64,000 nt of DNA, taken from Mobula hypostoma (taxonomy: Eukaryota). Position numbers and translations under genes: made by a program. Under the pieces are notes generated by a model, which ran no database searches, was not told the DNA's origin, and saw only the letters and a list, made by a program, of their open reading frames with translations. Positions within the stretch are counted from its first letter, which is position 1. Each line of letters opens with the position of its first letter. Shown here piece by piece: positions 12,721-25,789 of the stretch. Location of the stretch: the NCBI RefSeq assembly GCF_963921235.1, contig NC_086097.1, positions 76,758,001 to 76,822,000 on the forward strand. Reading direction: 5' to 3'.

Positions 12721-14449
12721 GGGTTTGTTCCCAACAACCTACCTCAATCAATCTTTGAAAGCTCCTGAATACATTTAATTTCAGCACCATCTAAGTACTT
12801 AACAGTATTGTAGTGCTAATTTATGGTAAGAAAGTTAAAATCACCTACTATGGCAACTCAATTATTTTTGCAACTCTCCACAATCTTCTCGAATTCCTGT
12901 TGACTATTAGGGAACCTTTAGTTTCAGCTCAAAACCAATGTGATCGACCCCTTCTTATTTCTCTTTTCTATCCTTAAAGCCTCATTAGATGATCCTACAG
13001 TAATTTTATCTCTGTCTACTGTCTACTGTTCCTTTAATCAAACATGCATCTCTCCCTCCTCTCTTTCCTTTACCTCTATCCCACCTGGTGTTGTCAGTGT
13101 AGAGTTTGCACTTTCTCCCTGTGACCACATAGGTGCTCTAGTTCCAACCTATTGTACATCCTCTAGACATGCTGATTGGTCAGTTAATTGACCAGTGTAA
13201 ACTCAGTCGAGTGAGATGGATGGTAGAATTTGGAGAGAGTTGCCGGGAATGTGGGGAGAATAAACGGAGATTGGCGTTGACTTGTGTTTGATGGTCTGTG
13301 TGGACTCTATACGCTGAAAGTCCTGTTTCTCTGCTTTACAATTCCATGACTGTGATATCTGCAATGGTGTATTCTGTCTCAAAATTATTTTGTAGTCTAA
13401 TTTCTAACTGGGAAAGAGAAAACAAAAAGCTAATTTCTTTCCTGCTGTTTAAAAAAAGAACAAATCTGGGTTTAAAATTAATTCAATTCATCAGGGCCCA
13501 TACATTTAGCAGCAATAGAAGAACACATCAATTAAAGCAACATAATCTACCTCCTATCATGTTGCATTAAATGACAACGTATTGTTTACTAGCCTTTAAG
13601 TGATAGTAAAAATAGGTGGACATTAAATATCATTGGCATATCATACCCAAGTCCAAAGTAACAGAGGTCAGCTACACCACAGCCATTTTATTTTATTTTC
13701 TAATCTAATATATGCAGTATTATTTCTGTCTGAAACTCAACCATAGCAAGATTAAGTATAAAGTAAGGCCTGTTCATTGAAATTGGAAAGGGGCTTGCTC
13801 TTGATCTATCCCAGCCATGAAGTTTCTAATGAAGCATACTCTTGTGAAAACCTTGTGGAGGAGTTTTATAATTGATGTGAAAAGCAGTCTGGTAATTCAT
13901 TAATGCCAGAGGTTACAATTTGTGCATGACGCATTGGGGATTGAACCGATGTCGGAACTGATCCCCGTTTCATCACTCTGAACCATCTCATTTGTGGTAT
14001 TTTAATGAAAATTAAATATTTTAATTACTCTTTTATATTTCATGGTAGCACTCACATGTAATAACATTGCCAAGTATACACAGTTATAAAAAAATAAATT
14101 ATTGGCAGGGAAATATTTAAGGTTGGAAGCTACCCAGATAGAATATGAAGTGTTGTTCCTCCAACCTGAGCTTTGCCTCATGGTGGTAGCAGACATGTTG
14201 GTATGGGAATGTTCAGTCGAACTGAAGTAGGGGGCCACTGTGAGATCCTGCCTGACACTTATTGTTGTTTGTGTCCAAGTACATCAGCTTCAGGTGATGG
14301 CAAACACAGAACTAATTTTAAAAATTATCCACACCACTCAACCGTTGCCTTTGTGAGCATGATATCTCACTAGCTATCTATTTTTGATGTAAAGTTGTTG
14401 TACTACTTGCATGACTAGATTCAAACAAAATCTTCACAAAAATAGCATT

Positions 14450-15392
14450 AAGATGTGCAGCATCTATGTAAAAGAGTAAACAGTCAATGTTTCAGGCTAA
14501 GACCCTTCATTGGGACTGGAGAAAAACCATGAGAAGTCAGAGTAAGAAGGTGGGGGAGGGGAGGAAGAAATACAAGGTAGTAGGTGATAGGTGAAACTGG
14601 AAGGGAGGAGGGGTGAAATAAAGAGATGGCAAGTCGTTTGGTGAAAGAGATAAAGGGCTGGAGAAGGGGGAATCTGATACAGGAAGACAGAAAGCCATGG
14701 AGGAAATGAAAGGTGGAGGAGCTCCAGAGGGAGGTGATAGGTAGGTAGGGAGATGAGGTGAGAGAGAGAAGTGGGAATGTGGAACAGTGAAGGAGGAGGC
14801 TGGCACTACCGGAAGTTCAATAAATCAATGTTCATGCCATCAGGTTGGAGGCTACCCAAATAGAATATAAGGTGTTGCTCCTCCAACCTGAGTGTGACCT
14901 CATTGCAGCCGTAGAGGAGGTCATGGGCTGACATGTCGGAATGGGAATGGGAAGTAGAATTAAAATGAGTGGCCACTGGGAGATCCTGCTTTTTCTGGCG
15001 AGTGAAGCATAGGCTAAGTGGTCTCTAGATCTATGTTGGGTCTCACTGATATACAAGAGGCCATACCAGGAGCACTGGATACAGTAGATGACCCAACAGA
15101 CACACAGGTGAAGTGTCGCCTCATTTGGAAGGACTGTCTGGAGCTTGAAACAAATGGACAAGGGAGTCGCATAGAGAGATTCTTGTGGAAAGCAGAAAGT
15201 TGGGGGTGGGGTGGGAATGATGTGCTTCATTGTGGGGTCCCATTGGAAACTTTTTCTCCAGTCCTGATGAAGGGTCTCGGCCCAAAACGTCGACTCTTTA
15301 CTCTTTTCCATAGATGCTGCCTGGCCTGCTGAGTTCCTCCAGCATTTTATGTGTGTTGCTTGGATTTCCAGCATCTGCAGATTTTCTCTTGT
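14450..15392 (-). mobile_element. Penelope-like element 3' part (GIY-YIG remnant) with inverted terminal pseudo-LTR (~15250-15392)
   Basis: VIYCIQCSWYGLLYISETQHRSRDHL is a decayed GIY-YIG endonuclease; hammerhead remnants at both ends. Confidence 0.8.
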
Positions 15393-15991
15393 TAATAAAT
15401 TAACTAATCCCATTTTGAACTTTTTTTTACCTAATCTTCCCCTTAACCGATTCTAACTTTACCCTTGAACTAAGGGACAGCATGCTAACGTATTAGTTAG
15501 TATAACTCTATTACAGCACCAGTGATGCAGCTTCAGTTCCACTGCTGTCTGTAAGGAGTTTGTATCTTCTCCCTGTGACCGCTTCCTCTGAGTGTTCCAG
15601 TCTCCCCCTACCTTCCAAAGATGTATGGTTTGGTAGGTTAATTGTAATTGGGCAGTGGGGACTTGCTGGGCCAGAAGGGGCTGGTACTGTGCTGAGTCTC
15701 GAAATAAAATATCCCTTCTTTTCCTTACTTGATACCTGGCCTATACTGGCTTTGTTAGTGGTTGCACTATACATTGTGTGCATTTATCAGAATATGATTA
15801 CTTAAGAAAGTACAAAGTTGATTTATCTATACATTCACATCCCAGATCCATTCACTCCATTGCTGCAAGCTTCTCACATTTCCAGCAACTTGCCAATCAA
15901 GAAAAATGTGACCATTATCAAAGAAGGATTCATTGGAACAACTAATAATTCATTAATTTATTCACCAATGACTGCCTTGTTTCTTCTTCAG

Positions 15992-16095
15992 GTACGTGAT
16001 GACAATAAGAGACAGCACCCTTGTTTGGTGGATTTTGATAAGCTACCCGAACAAGAGAGAAACTATAATTTACAAATGTCCCTTGAAACCTTAAA
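15992..16095 (+). CDS. RYR3: RYR exon 6 in window (104 bp)
   Basis: ttcag|GTA...TTAAA|gtaagt; [34 protein letters not shown](K). Confidence 0.95.
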
Positions 16096-16214
16096 GTAAG
16101 TTTAAAATGTTGTTCAATATGTAAGATAAAAAGCTATTAATTACTGTATATCAATTTGCCTTGTGTTTGCATTTAGTTGATGAATTTACAGTGTTTATTG
16201 CAATGCCTTTACAG

Positions 16215-16298
16215 GACCCTCCTGGCTTTAGGTTGTCATGTTGTTCATATTAAACCAAAAGCAGAAGAATATTTACAAAGAATGAAACTTCCCAAAAA
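16215..16298 (+). CDS. RYR3: RYR exon 7 in window (84 bp), after a 119-bp intron
   Basis: tacag|G...AAAAA|gtaagt; TLLALGCHVVHIKPKAEEYLQRMKLPK(N). Confidence 0.93.
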
Positions 16299-17786
16299 GT
16301 AAGTTTATTACAGTCATGAGAATGTTACCGAGAGGTGTTTTGTTTTAAAGAGACTAGCACAGGTTTTTCAACATCTACTTTTTATTTTTCATAAAACTAT
16401 TCATGTTTACCATCTGGACTAAAAAATGCATGTGAATTGTGCTAGCTTTCAGGATCACAGAAGTTTTGTTAAGGATTTCAAGTTAATCTGAATGAATGTT
16501 TTTGCAAAATATGACTAGGTGGAGATGTGTAAGACAAGTTGCAGGTTCTAATTATTTTTGAAGTCACGTGATCATAATTGTTTTCTGTTGAGTTTATAGT
16601 CTTTGCTGAGAAGTAAATAGATCTAGAGGTGCAATGCATTGAAGCTAATGTAGTCTTTTCCCATTGTATTTTCATGGAAATATCAGCTTTGGGTTATATA
16701 GCATGTATGCTTCTTTATCTCCACCTCAAATACCACGGAGGTTGAAATTCCTGAGCTCCAGCTGGGGTTGGGGATGCTGGGAGTTACTAGAAAACAAGAT
16801 CACTGTAACCTTAGTCCTGGAATATTGGACAGAGCCTAATTGCATATTGCTCCTTAAACTGTCAGGCTTTGCATCCCAGTCAAAAAGGAGCTATCAAAGT
16901 TGTCAGCTCTCTTCCTCTTTCCCTTCGTCCTCAATGTAGCAGGTTGCCTTTCTCTGAGTGGTCTCTGCTCATTTTCCCAGCCGTGCTGTATTCCAGAAAT
17001 AGTCTACTTGTGCACCCTTATCTAGCATCTACTGGTTTATGCAAAAACATTGCTTGAAATCAGCAAACCATTCATGAGCGTGTCACACCACTTGCTGTCA
17101 GCTTTTGCAAGTTAAAAATCATAGTGGAAAGCTAACAATAGAAATCATCCCATCAGCTGGAGCAAGTCATGCATTAGTTAGCATTGGTGAGGATTCTGTT
17201 GCTGTTACAATGTGTGTTTAGTATTGTAAAGTTAAAATTATCAGGTGGTTCAATGGAATCCACAGTGGCAGTGCTGGGATCAGATCAGTACCACAGACTA
17301 AGGATGCCTTGATCTGCTTGCTCTGCAATCACCCAGGCAACAATGTTCACTGTGTGTACACTGCTGTCTTTACTAACATAGCCTCCAGTGAAGTTTGCTG
17401 TGGAGGTGTGCACGTGTGTGGACATTTGCCACGGATGACACTTTGGTTTCTGGAATGCCTGAGTAATGATCACTGGTAAGCCCAATTCCAGGCACAGAAA
17501 TTTTTCAGAGAATATTCTTTTTTAGATTTCCTTTAAGTCCAGAAGGGTCTGGTGAGTAACACTGAATCAGGGCCATTGAGGTGCTCTGGCAGTAGGACAC
17601 TCCTGTCTCAGCCCAGCAAGTGACCAAATATTCTGCACTTTGGGACAGAGTCAGTGCTACTGTGAAAATGTGTACATGAGTCTGGTTTGTGCCCTGGTAT
17701 TGTATCCTGTAAGAATTTCAGAGTCATTGTCTCCTTGAGATGATTACTTTTGGGAGAGATTACTCTGAAATGATATTGATGGTGAG

Positions 17787-18470
17787 ATACATCCTAGGAT
17801 GCGCTGGGACACATCATCAGTGATGTACCCTGGGGGTCATTAGGTGTTTCAGGTCTTCCAACGTCAGACACCCTCGCCCAGGTGACCCAACCAAGGTTGA
17901 TCAGGCCCTGGCTTGAGTCCCAGCAGTATTGGTCCACAGGTGGCATCTCTTGATCCATAGTTATCTGGAGGCTCGCTCAGCACCCTCTGTAACGGTCCTG
18001 ATGGCTCTTTTCTTTGCAGCCCCCAAAATGCCAGGGAGAGAGCAGGTTCTGCAGAATGAGTAGACAGAAAAACCTCTACACCTTACCTCCATAGGCTCAC
18101 TTTGTACCCTCCACCCCTGTCTCTGGCACTGCCCTACCAGCTTCTGGTATTTGGCTTTCTTACATTCAATCACCTCCTCAATCTGGTCTTCCCAAGGCGC
18201 TGTCAGTTCTACCATGACCACCTGCTCGTTGAACTGATGATGATGGAATGAAGTCAGGGAACTTCAATGCTTGCCAAGATTGACTTTCAATTGCCAGTCA
18301 GATGCTGTGGCGAGCAAGCCTTCTGGTGGTGTGGGTTGAAGTGGTGTTTGGTCTCCAGCTTTGACAAAGGCAGTGGGCTTTCTTGGTTGGAGGAGGTGCC
18401 CCCTGTTGTTAATGGCTGAGGAGATACTTTCTGCCACTGCCTTCAGCTCCTGGTCATGGTGTCCTCCAAG
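17787..18470 (-). mobile_element. HERO/R2-superfamily non-LTR retrotransposon 3' fragment (restriction-like endonuclease plus 3' UTR)
   Basis: HDQELKAVAESI...FVKAGD...LLATASDWQLKV, then MVELTAPWEDQIEEVIECKKAKYQKLV...GWRVQSEPMEVRCRGF (ELTxPWE / KxxKY motifs). Confidence 0.8.
17805..17873 (-). ncRNA. Candidate non-circularly permuted hammerhead ribozyme
   Basis: GGGUGUC^UGACGU-UGGAA-GACCU-GAAACACCU-AAUGACCCCCAGGGU-ACAUCA-CUGAUGA-U-GUGUC-CCA; all three stems can pair. Confidence 0.55.
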
Positions 18471-18524
18471 CCACCTTATACTATATTGAATTGAAAAGCG
18501 GGCTCCATTTCATTATGCACCACA

Positions 18525-21500
18525 GTAAGACAGTACAGTATGGATACGGGCTCTTTATCCCCATGAATCCATGTCAAATATGATACCACCCACCTAGTCC
18601 AAATCGACCCATATCCCTCTGAACCCTGCCTCTGTGACTACCTAACTAAATGCTTCTTAAATTTGTATCTTCCTCAGTCATTCCTCTGGCAGCTCATTCC
18701 GTGCATTCACCATCCTCTGTGTGGAAAATCTTGCCCCTCAAATCCCTTTCAAACTTTTCCCTCTCATCCTGAAATGATGCCCCTAGATTTGGGCTCACCT
18801 ACCATGGATAAAAGAATGTTTTCATCTGCCTTTTCCATGCCCCTGGATGATTTTATAAACCTCTATAACATCACCCCCCACTCTGCTGTGCTCCAAGCAA
18901 TGCAGATCTGGCTTGGACAACCTCTCCCTATAATTCAGACCCTCTAATCCAGGTAGCATTCTCGTAAATCTTTTCTACACTCATTAAAATTTAACCACAT
19001 ATTTGTATAACAGGAAGAATAAAACTGCACACGGTTCTCTAAGTAGGGCCTCACCAATGATTTGTACAACCACAATATGCAGTAATATCCCAACTCTTCT
19101 CTGTGCCCTGATTGTTGAAAGCCAGCATGCTAAACACCTTTTTTAACCACTTTATCTATGTGATGCTACTTTCAATGAATTCTGCACCTGTACTTCCAAG
19201 GTCTCGTTATTCCATTACATTCCCTAGTGCCCTACCATTCACAGTATAATTCTGCCTATGGTTTGACTTCCCAAAATGCATTGTCTCCCACTTATAGAGT
19301 TATAGAATCATAGAAAAATACAGTACAGAAACATCAGACCATCTACTCCATGCCAAACCATTTAAATGGCCGACTCCTAATGACCTGCACCGGACCATAG
19401 CCCTCCATATCCCTACCATCTATGTACCTATCCAAACTTATTTTAGACTTTGAAATCGAGCTTGCGCACACCACCTGTGCTGGCAGCTCGTTTCACACTT
19501 TCACAACCCTCTGAGTGAAGAAGTTTCCCTTTGTGTTCCTCTTAATCTTTTCACCTTTCACCCTTAACCCATGACCTCCCACCCAACCTCAGTGGAAATA
19601 CCTGCTCGCATTTATCATTAATGAATTCCATTTGCCACTCCTCGGCTCACTTCCTTAACTAAGCAAGATCCCGCTTTAATCTGCAATAACCTTCTTCACA
19701 AACAACACCTCTAACTTCATGTCATCCACAAACTTACTGATCAAGCCTTGTGCACCTGCATTCAAATAATTTATATAAGTAATGAATAACAAGGATCCCA
19801 AAATCATCCGCTATAGCACACCACCAGTTGTAGGCTTCTGTTCCAACAAACAACCTTCAACCACCATCTGCTGCTTTCTATCTCCAAGTCAGTTTTGAAT
19901 CCACCTTACTAGCTCTCCCTGGACACCATGGGATCTAACCCTCTAGACAAGCCTACCATGTTGAAAGCCTTGCTGAAATTAAATAGACAGCATCCACAGC
20001 CTTACCCACATCTACTTCTTTGGTTACTTATCCATAATTCTCTATAAGATTTATCAGACACAACTTTCCACACACAAAGCCATGCTGATTTCTCCCCATC
20101 AGACCCTGGTTATCCTAATTCCCTTAGAATTCCTTCCAGTAACTTCCCCTCTACTGACGTCAGACTAGCAATTCTGTTGCTTGTTTTTGGTACCCTTCTT
20201 AAACAGTGGAACAACATTAGCTACCTTCCAGTGTTTGAGAACTTCACCAGTAATAATGATGAAGCAAGTATAGAGGGCAATGGAAAATAGAAAAATGAAG
20301 GGCTATGGGTAACCCTAGGTAATTTCTAGAGTAAGTATATGTTTGGCACAGCATTGTGGGCCGAAAGGCCTGTATTGTGCTGTAGGTTTTCTATGTTTCT
20401 ACGCTCTATAACTCCACAAGGGTCTCTACAATTTCCTCTCTTGCCTCTAGTAAGGATGCAGCTGCTCAAGTCCAGAGAATGTATCCACTTTAATGCAGTG
20501 CAAGGCTGAAAATATCTCCCTGGGAATGTGATTGTTCTTCAAAACATCTCTACCTGTTTCCCTTATCCCTTGAGCGACCACGCTTTTCTCCTCAGTAAAC
20601 AGCAAGGAGAAATATTTGTTATAAGTCCCACCCATCTCCAGCAGCTCAAGATATAGGCAGCACTGCTGATCTTAAGGGAATCTACTCTTCGCTTTGTCAC
20701 TCTTTTACTCTTAATAAACTCGTGTTCTAGAACCGCCTGGGATTTTCCTTAAAACTACCTGCCAGATCTTCTCTTTGCCGTCTCTTTTTCCTCTTAAGAG
20801 TATTCTTTATTTTCATAGTTATCAAGGCATTCACTCATCCCAACCTCCTGCACCCAATGTATGCTTACTTCTTTTTCTTGATCAGAGCCTCAGTGTCTCA
20901 TTTCAGCCAAGGTTCCCTAGACCTGCCAGGTTTACCCTTCCACCTAACAGGAAAAGCTATTCCTGGACTCTCGATATCACACTCGTAAAAGCCCCCAATT
21001 GTCATTCGTTCCTTTCACTTCAAACAGGCTCACCCAATTGATCTTGCTAGATGCTGACTAATTTCACCAAAATAAGCCCTGCTCCAGTTTAGTACTCTAA
21101 GCTTTGAACCTGTCCTACCATTTTCCATCACTATCTTAAAACTAATAGAATTGTGGTCACAAGAGCAAAAGTGCTCCCTGACTGTCTCATTTGTTATCTG
21201 GCCTGGCCTGTCTTATTGCTGTTTATTTACAGTATATTTGCATTTGCCCAGTTTGTTGTTCATCAGTTCTGTTTACAGTTACTGTTCCATAGATTTCCTA
21301 AGTATGCCCACAGGAAAAAAAATCTCAGAGTTGTATGTGGTGACGTATATGCATCTGATAATAAATTTTATTTGAACTTTGAACTTTTTGTTCCTTAAGA
21401 GAAGGTCCATCACTGCAGCCTCCAGTGTACGGCCCTCTGTATATTGACTCAGGAAACTTCCCCAAATACATTTCAGAGATTGTACCCCATCCTGATCCCT

Positions 21501-22680
21501 AACACTTTGGATAGTCCAGTCAAAACTGGGAAAATTATAATCTCCCATTAATACAACCCTATTATTGTTGCAACTATGAACAACTTTTCTTTACACCTGC
21601 AGGTTAAATTCCCACTGTCTATAATACAGACAAACTAGAGTGACTATCCCCTTGTTTCTAAGTTCTACCCATATGATCTCACTGATATGATATGATCCCA
21701 TATGATATAATCCTCAAGAATGTCATGTCTAGGTACTGCTATTACTTCCTCCCTTATCAAAAAGGAAACACCCACTTCTCGGTTACCTGTACCTCTGTCA
21801 TGCCTGTAGCATCTGTATCCTGGAATACTGAGTTGCCAGCCCTGCCCTTCTCTTAGCCATGCTTACATTATGTCTATAACATCAGTCATTTGAGCTAATC
21901 CGAGCTCTGAGTTCATCTGCCGTACCTGTTCAACCCCATGTATTGAAATAAATGCAGTTTGACTGTATATTCCTTTCCCTGCTTTCACTGTTCACTGGCT
22001 ATCCTGATCACTAAACTTGCTTTCACTGGGTACTGCTTTATCTCATGATGTGTCCCTGTCCCTTTCTATGCTCTCTCCCACCAACTAGTTTAAATCCTCC
22101 CATGCAGACTAAAAAAATTCCCTACCAAGGTATTGGTCACTCTCTGGTTCAGTTGTAAGCTGTCCCTTTTGTACAGGTCGCTGCTACCCCAGAAGAAATG
22201 CTAATGGTCATAGAACCTGAATCACCACTCCCTGCACTGTTTTTTGAGCTGTGAATTCATCTGGCTTACATTTCCATTTCTGACCTCACTAGCTTGTGGC
22301 ATTGAATAGAATCCAGAGATCACTATCTTTGAAGTATTGCTTCTTAACTTCTTTATCTAACTCCCTAAACTCATCCTGCAGAACCTCATCCCTTGATATC
22401 TGCCTATGTCATCTGTACGAAGACATATTGCCCTCCCATTCGAAAACTTTCTGCAGTCACTCAAAGATATCCTTAATCCTAGCACCCAGGGAACAACACT
22501 CTATCATGTCATCCCTTCTGCATCCACAGAATATCCTGTCTGTCCTCACTCACTATCAAGCCTCCTATCACTATTACTGTGAGCCACAGACCTGGTCTCA
22601 ATGCCAGAGACTGAGCTATGCTATTAGCCTCTGAAAGAACAACCCCATCAACAATATTCAGAAAGGTAGTTTTGGATACC
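18525..22680 (-). mobile_element. Long degraded CR1 LINE (ORF1 esterase, endonuclease, RT, 3' end) with nested CR1 tails (~19290-19615, ~20270-20405) and a Rex tail (~21195-21387)
   Basis: MGDYNFPSFDW...FLSQYTEGRT...MDLLL (endonuclease); NKYFSLLFTEE; esterase motif near 22100-22340. Confidence 0.8.
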
Positions 22681-23173
22681 AAAGATGTGTCTTTTGAACG
22701 AAATCTTAGACTTAAACTGCCTTGGACTGAATCTGCCTGAGCTTAAAGGAATCTTTATGGAACAGCAAGTATATCTTTTCCACTTTGGGTAGGAGTTTGT
22801 GGACTTTTGACTGATTAAGATCAATTAGTTAGCTTCTGCTTGCTTATGATGTTGTTCATAGTAAGTATTCCTTGATGCTTAAAACTAGAGGAAACAGCAA
22901 AGGATTTGTATTGTCTTTTTAAAAAATAAATCAACATGTAATTAATTTGGAACTGTAATTACTCCAACATGTTTCAACTGTAAAATAGAGAGATTAACAA
23001 GTTTCCACTTTTCTTTTGACAATGAGTATGTTTACATTTATGGAAAATTTGACTTTTAAACTTCTATGTTTTTCTTTTAGAGACTAATTGATTCAACGCT
23101 GATGATTTTAAAGTATTGTATTTTGCATTTCAACCTGTGATCTTATTCATCATTTATTTTAATTGCATTTTAG

Positions 23174-23333
23174 TTACATGATGTCAAACGGCTACAAGCC
23201 TGCCCCACTGGACCTTTCGGATGTCAAACTACACACAGCCCAGGAAGTATTGGTTGACAAGCTGGCAGAAAATGCACATAATGTCTGGGCTAAAGACAGA
23301 ATCAGGCAAGGGTGGACTTACGGCATCCAACAG
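23174..23333 (+). CDS. RYR3: RYR exon 8 in window (160 bp; RyR repeat 2)
   Basis: tttag|T...CAG|gtgact; [19 protein letters not shown]...[24 protein letters not shown]. Confidence 0.95.
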
Positions 23334-24396
23334 GTGACTGAGATTTGTAATAATTGGAATTATGGACATATGTTCCATGGCCACATAATAGCAAACTATG
23401 CTATAAAATCATTTTGAAAAGCAGACAACTTTATTTCACATCAATTACTTATTCCCCTTGTGGAATATGTTTATGCTGGCAAATGCAAGGCGTAAAGCTG
23501 AACTGAGAACAGATAATACAGGGAGTGGTTTGGACCTAATATTCATCCTGTGCTTTTACTTTAAATTCTGGACAATATTTTAAACTTCTTTAAAGTATTC
23601 TGATATGTTGCAGGTTAGTTATATTGTGTATTTAGTGTATATTAGTGTAATACAATAAAGCTTCTTTGTTGTAACTTGTATTGCCTGAAAATGTTTTAAA
23701 TGGCCATCTTGATGTTCAGCTAAGTTTACAGTTGATTAGCCCACCTGAAGTTCAGCTAACCTTTCATTTCATCAGCCTTTTGGAAGCTCTCCTGACCTTG
23801 CATTTGATTCAAAGCGAAAAACAAGAGCTGGAGAAATTCAGCAGGTCATTCAGCATCTGTGGAGGAAAATAGACAGTCAGCATTCATTTCGGATGGAGAC
23901 CTTTCATTTGGATTGAAAGAGTAGAGAAAGATAGCAGTTTTGGTCTTGGCTAATTATTGTCACAGTTGTAACAAGATACAATGAAAAGATTATCTTACAT
24001 TTTGTTTATACAGATCAAAATCATTACACAGTGCATTAAGGCAAAACAACAACAATACAGAATAAAATGTAAAAGCTACAGAGAAAGTATAGTGCTGGTA
24101 AACAATAAAGTGCAAGAACATAACGAGGTAGATTCTGAGGTCAGGGGTTCATTTAATTGTACAAGAGGTCCGTTTAAAAGTCTGCTAACAGTGGAATAGT
24201 AGCTGTCCTTGAGCCTGATGGTACATGCTTTCAGGCTTTCAAAAGTGTTTCCAGCACTTTCTGTTTTTATTGACTTCAGTCATTAGCTTTGTGTGAACAC
24301 ATGCATTCTCGTTGAATTTAAACTGCAAATGCAGGGCAAACACCTAAAATTAGAACCCAGAGCATATATGATGACATTAACTGTCACGTTCTACAG

Positions 24397-24544
24397 GATA
24401 TCAAGAACAAAAGAAACCCTCGACTGGTGCCGTATAGTCTTCTTGATGAACGAACTAAAAAATCAAATAGAGACAGTTTACGTGAAGCAATTCGCACTTT
24501 AATTGGTTATGGTTACAACATTGAGCCGTCCGACCAGGAAGTTG
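24397..24544 (+). CDS. RYR3: RYR exon 9 in window (148 bp)
   Basis: tacag|GAT...GTTG|gtgagt; [49 protein letters not shown]. Confidence 0.95.
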
Positions 24545-24747
24545 GTGAGTACAGCAATTACTAATCAATTCATTCATTTGCTAAGATCAAATTAAAATAC
24601 TGTGAAAGCATAAGGTATGACAGTCACGGAAAAAACAGCTAATAAAGTCGCTCCATTGATGTATGTGGTAAGGCATGCCTGGAGAAGGTAATTGTTGTCT
24701 CTGTTGGATAAAGTCTATCGAAATCAATACACAATGCATTGAGATAG

Positions 24748-25721
24748 ATGCAAACACGAGGAAATCTGCAGATGCTGGAATTTCAAGCAACACACATACA
24801 AGTTGCTGGTGAACGCAGCAGGCCAGGCAGCATCTATAGGAAGAAATACAGTCGACGTTTCGGGCTGAGACCCTTCGTCAGGACTAACTGAAAGAAGAGC
24901 TAGTAAGAGATTTGAAAGTGGGAGGGGGAGGGGGAGATCCAAAATGATAGGAGAAGACAGGAGGGGGAGGGATGGAGCCAAGAGCTGGACAGTTGATTGG
25001 CAAAATAACGGATGAGGTACGAGGGGGAGGTGGGGCATTAGCAGAAGTTTGAGAAGTCAATGTTCATACCATCAGGTTGGAGGCTACCCAGACGGAATAT
25101 AAGGTGTTGTTCCTCCAATCCTGTCTGCCAGAGTAAGCAGGATCTCCCAGTGGCCACACATTTTAATTCCACATCCCATTCCCGTTCTGATATGTCTATC
25201 CATGGCCTCCTCTACTGTAAAGATGAAGCCACATGATGAAAGATGAAAGGTTGGAGGAACAACACCTTATATTCCATCTGAGTAGCCTCCAACCTGATGG
25301 CATGAACGTTGACTTCTCAAACTTCCGCTAATGCCCCACCTCCCCCTCGTACCCCATCCGTTATTTCTTTATATACACACTTTCTTTTTCTCTCTCTCTC
25401 CTTCATCTCCCTCTGTCCCTCTCACTATATCCCTTGCCCGACCTCTGGGCTTCCCCCCTCCCCCTTTTCTTTCTCCCTAGGCCTCCTGTCCCATGATCCT
25501 CTCATCTCTTTTGCCAATCATCTGTCCAGCCCTTGGCTCCATCTCTCCCCCTCCTGTCTTCTCCTATCATTTCGGATCTCCCCCTCCCACTTTCAAATCT
25601 CTTACGAGCTCTTCTTTCAGTTAGTCCTGACAAAAGGTCTCGGCTGGAAACATTGACTCTACCTCTTCCTAGGGATGCTGCCTGGCCTGCTGCGTTCACC
25701 AGCAACTCTTATGTATGTTGC
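24748..25721. mobile_element. Young Penelope-like insertion with inverted pseudo-LTRs
   Basis: TSD tgcattgagatag (24735-24747) / tgcattgaaatag (25719-25731); arms are reverse complements. Confidence 0.8.
24850..24885 (-). ncRNA. Minimal type I hammerhead ribozyme motif (PLE-type), intact core
   Basis: Minus strand AGUC-CUGACGA-AGGGUCUCAGCCC-GAAA-CGUC-GACU. Confidence 0.75.
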
Positions 25722-25789
25722 ATTGAAATAGGACAAGGTAAAAGAAGAACAATGCGGAACACCATGTAAAAGCTACAGAGAAAGTTCCC

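Noticed and set aside
17814..17867. Box C/D snoRNA reading of UGAUGA/CUGA
   Set aside because: It is antisense to the host gene, the boxes are in the wrong order, and the hammerhead pairing explains the motifs better.
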